A DNA stretch of 50,806 nucleotides from Octopus bimaculoides (Eukaryota): the NCBI RefSeq assembly GCF_001194135.2, contig NC_068988.1, positions 45,755,015 through 45,805,820 of the forward strand, written 5' to 3'. The notes under the pieces were generated by a model. That model did no database searches. It saw only the letters and a program-made list of their open reading frames with translations, and was not told the DNA's origin. Position numbers and translations under genes: made by a program. Each line of letters starts with the position of its first letter. Positions within the stretch are counted from its first letter, which is position 1. Shown one piece after another: positions 48,651 through 50,806 of the stretch.

Positions 48651-49596
48651 AGACAAGGAATCTTTGAGAGGAGAGGGGGAATTGAAGGAGGTGATCTTGT
48701 GTCGGATGATGAATGGTTGAAGTGTATGAGAGAGAGAGAGACAGAGAGACAGGAATAGGTGTCTTGCTGAAGAGGAGATACATGGTTACTCAGCCACAGA
48801 GAGAGAGAGAGGAGGGAGAGAAAAAGAAAGAGAGCAAGAGAGAGTTAACAAGAAAGAGGGCAGAAACAGGTGTGCTGCTGTAGAGAAGATACATGGTTAC
48901 ACAGCCAGAAGGAAAAGCAAAGGAAAAGAGAGAGAGAGTGGGAGGTAGTAAGAGTGCCATAGAGAGAGCAGGAGAGAGATGGTAGTGAGTGCCAGAGTAT
49001 ACTCATAAGGAATGGGGCTCAGAACATAGATGGAATGGTAGAATAAGGAAGAGAGAGGTAAATGATGACAGGTGCCAGGGTATAACTGCAAGGTATGGAT
49101 TTCATAATATACGTGGCCAGGAATTGCCAAGAAGCACGAGTAGAGAGTGAGAATGGAGAATGTTATGATATGTATATGTGTGTTTGTGTGTGTATCTGTG
49201 TGTGCATGTGTATACCTGTGTGTGTATATGTATGCATGTGTGTGCACTAGAAAATCAAGTAAAAATTTCAGAGATCATAACTATCACAATAAGAAGTATA
49301 GAAGCATGCTTTACCTTGAGTATGTATGTGTTGATTTATCAGTCAGTATGTTTGTTTATCTTTCTACCTAGTTATCTAGCTATTTATCTGTCTAACTATC
49401 TATCTATCGACCTGTATCTCTGTTTGTCTGTCTGTCTACCTGCCTCTCTGTTTGTTTGTCTACCTATCTATCTATACATACATACATGCATACATACATA
49501 TCACACAGATGCATACACACTCACACACCTATGTCAGTTTATCAGTGTACATGTGTGTCTATCTATCTATCTATCTATAAGTACACACATATCACA

Positions 49597-49632
<36 letters not shown>

Positions 49633-49734
49633 ATACAAATAATATGTGAGTATATGCATATATACGTACATGCATGTACATACCTACATCTACATGTATA
49701 TATAGATGCATATCTGGGTACAGGACGTCACAAA

Positions 49735-49860
49735 AAAACGTGGACAAAATGAAAAACAGAACATAAACAGAGCACAGAAAACACACAGGCCACATAGAGA
49801 ACATTTCCTTCATCAGCTGCCACCATTCTAAAACTAAGCGTTTCAAAGAGTTAGTGCAGG
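49735..49860 (-). mobile_element. Possible Penelope-like terminal-repeat remnant
   Basis: The minus strand has GAAACGC..CTGATGAAGG in a CT-rich context; weak. Confidence 0.35.
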
Positions 49861-49885
49861 ACGCATTGTTAGAATGGCTCTTCCC

Positions 49886-50761
49886 ACGGGTGCAATGAAT
49901 AAGCAGTCATCTAAGGTACGCAAAAATGAAATTAATATTGATATCTCATTTTAACAGATATATTTACCAAAATCTCTTTAAAATATCTTGAAATACAAAA
50001 GAGTAAATTTATTCAATAAAATCGCATTTGGCTTCAACCATGACCTCAAGATGACTTTGAAATCTCCTGTAACTTTTCTCGGTGGTCTCCTTGTTTAAGT
50101 TGGTGAATGCTGCCATAATCCTTGTCTTTGGTGTTACAAGGAGTTTTGTCGGTCTCTTGCTCAGCTGTGCCCCACATATAATAATCAAGGGGGTTGCAGT
50201 CTATGGAGTAAGGTGGCAAGATGTTAGGTATAATGTAGTTGCAGAAATTGTCTGACAGTCAGGACTGGATCCTCCTGCCTGTGTGGTATGGTGCAGAGTC
50301 TCGTTACCAGACATAGGTTCTCCCAGCAGTCATCCTCTTGACTTAAGGCAGCACTACCTCCACCAGTCACTCAAAGTAGGGCTCCATGTTGAGTTTAATT
50401 CCATGTCGAAGGATTAACGGAGGCATAATGTTGCCATCACTCATGATCACTCCAAACAAGATGATGTTGAATGCATGTTTAATTTTTATCACTCTTGGTA
50501 CATGTTCTCAGATTGCACAGTCCTCAGTTTGACACCCAAACACTCTGAAATGTTCATATTGGAGGTTCCGTCATGAATGCCATGCAGCACAGCATCTCGT
50601 TTTCAAATTTCTGGCAGAGTGAATTGCGTCATGGTACTGTTTTTCTCACAGACAGTGCCCAACTGACTCTACTATGCTGTGTAGTTCACAAAATCAGCAA
50701 CATACAAACCACACGTGCGAAATTAAAAGTATGAAATGGTGACAATTTACCCATCACACCC

Positions 50762-50762
<1 letters not shown>
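49886..50762 (-). mobile_element. Internally deleted Tc1/mariner element of the DD37D (maT) type
   Basis: *RDSAPYHT..LPPYSIDCNPLDYYMWG, with 37 residues between the last two D. Right TIR GGTGACAATTTACCCATCACACCC-TA; the left TIR is degenerate (~16/24). Confidence 0.8.
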
Positions 50763-50793
<31 letters not shown>

Positions 50794-50806
50794 TGTATGT
50801 ATGTAT

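Overview
Eukaryotic, AT-rich, repeat-dense, mostly non-coding DNA with 8 N-gaps, nearly all bordered by (TA)n, (CA)n or (GA)n, as expected of a short-read assembly. The SINE families and the extreme microsatellite load look like a coleoid cephalopod, most likely Octopus. That assignment is my inference from recalled repeat sequences; no search was run. No complete protein-coding gene is visible, and most ORFs in the supplied track are translations of microsatellites or gaps. Supported content: (i) five recurrent tRNA-derived or LINE-tailed SINE-like families, labelled A-F here, some with target-site duplications (TSDs); (ii) three decayed RTE-clade LINE pieces, one ending in two C2H2 fingers; (iii) a Penelope-like element (PLE) with a 169-codon open GIY-YIG region, plus several PLE terminal-repeat remnants; (iv) DNA transposons: a full-length decayed DD34D mariner, a DD37D/maT remnant, a Tc1 end, a Tigger/pogo remnant, and mariner-, hAT- and piggyBac-type MITEs; (v) two weak host-gene signals, a 57-nt phase-0 exon candidate (872-928) and a kelch-repeat-like segment (37246-37380). 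The most interesting signal is a set of hammerhead-ribozyme (HHR) folds. One is a complete type-I fold at 24103-24147. Another is a palindromic back-to-back pair at 25893-25977, in which a plus-strand and a minus-strand hammerhead share one central stem-I strand. Minimal cores also lie in a ~410-bp foldback (20902-21311) and at the 3' end of the PLE. All folds and translations were done by eye and none is experimentally shown.
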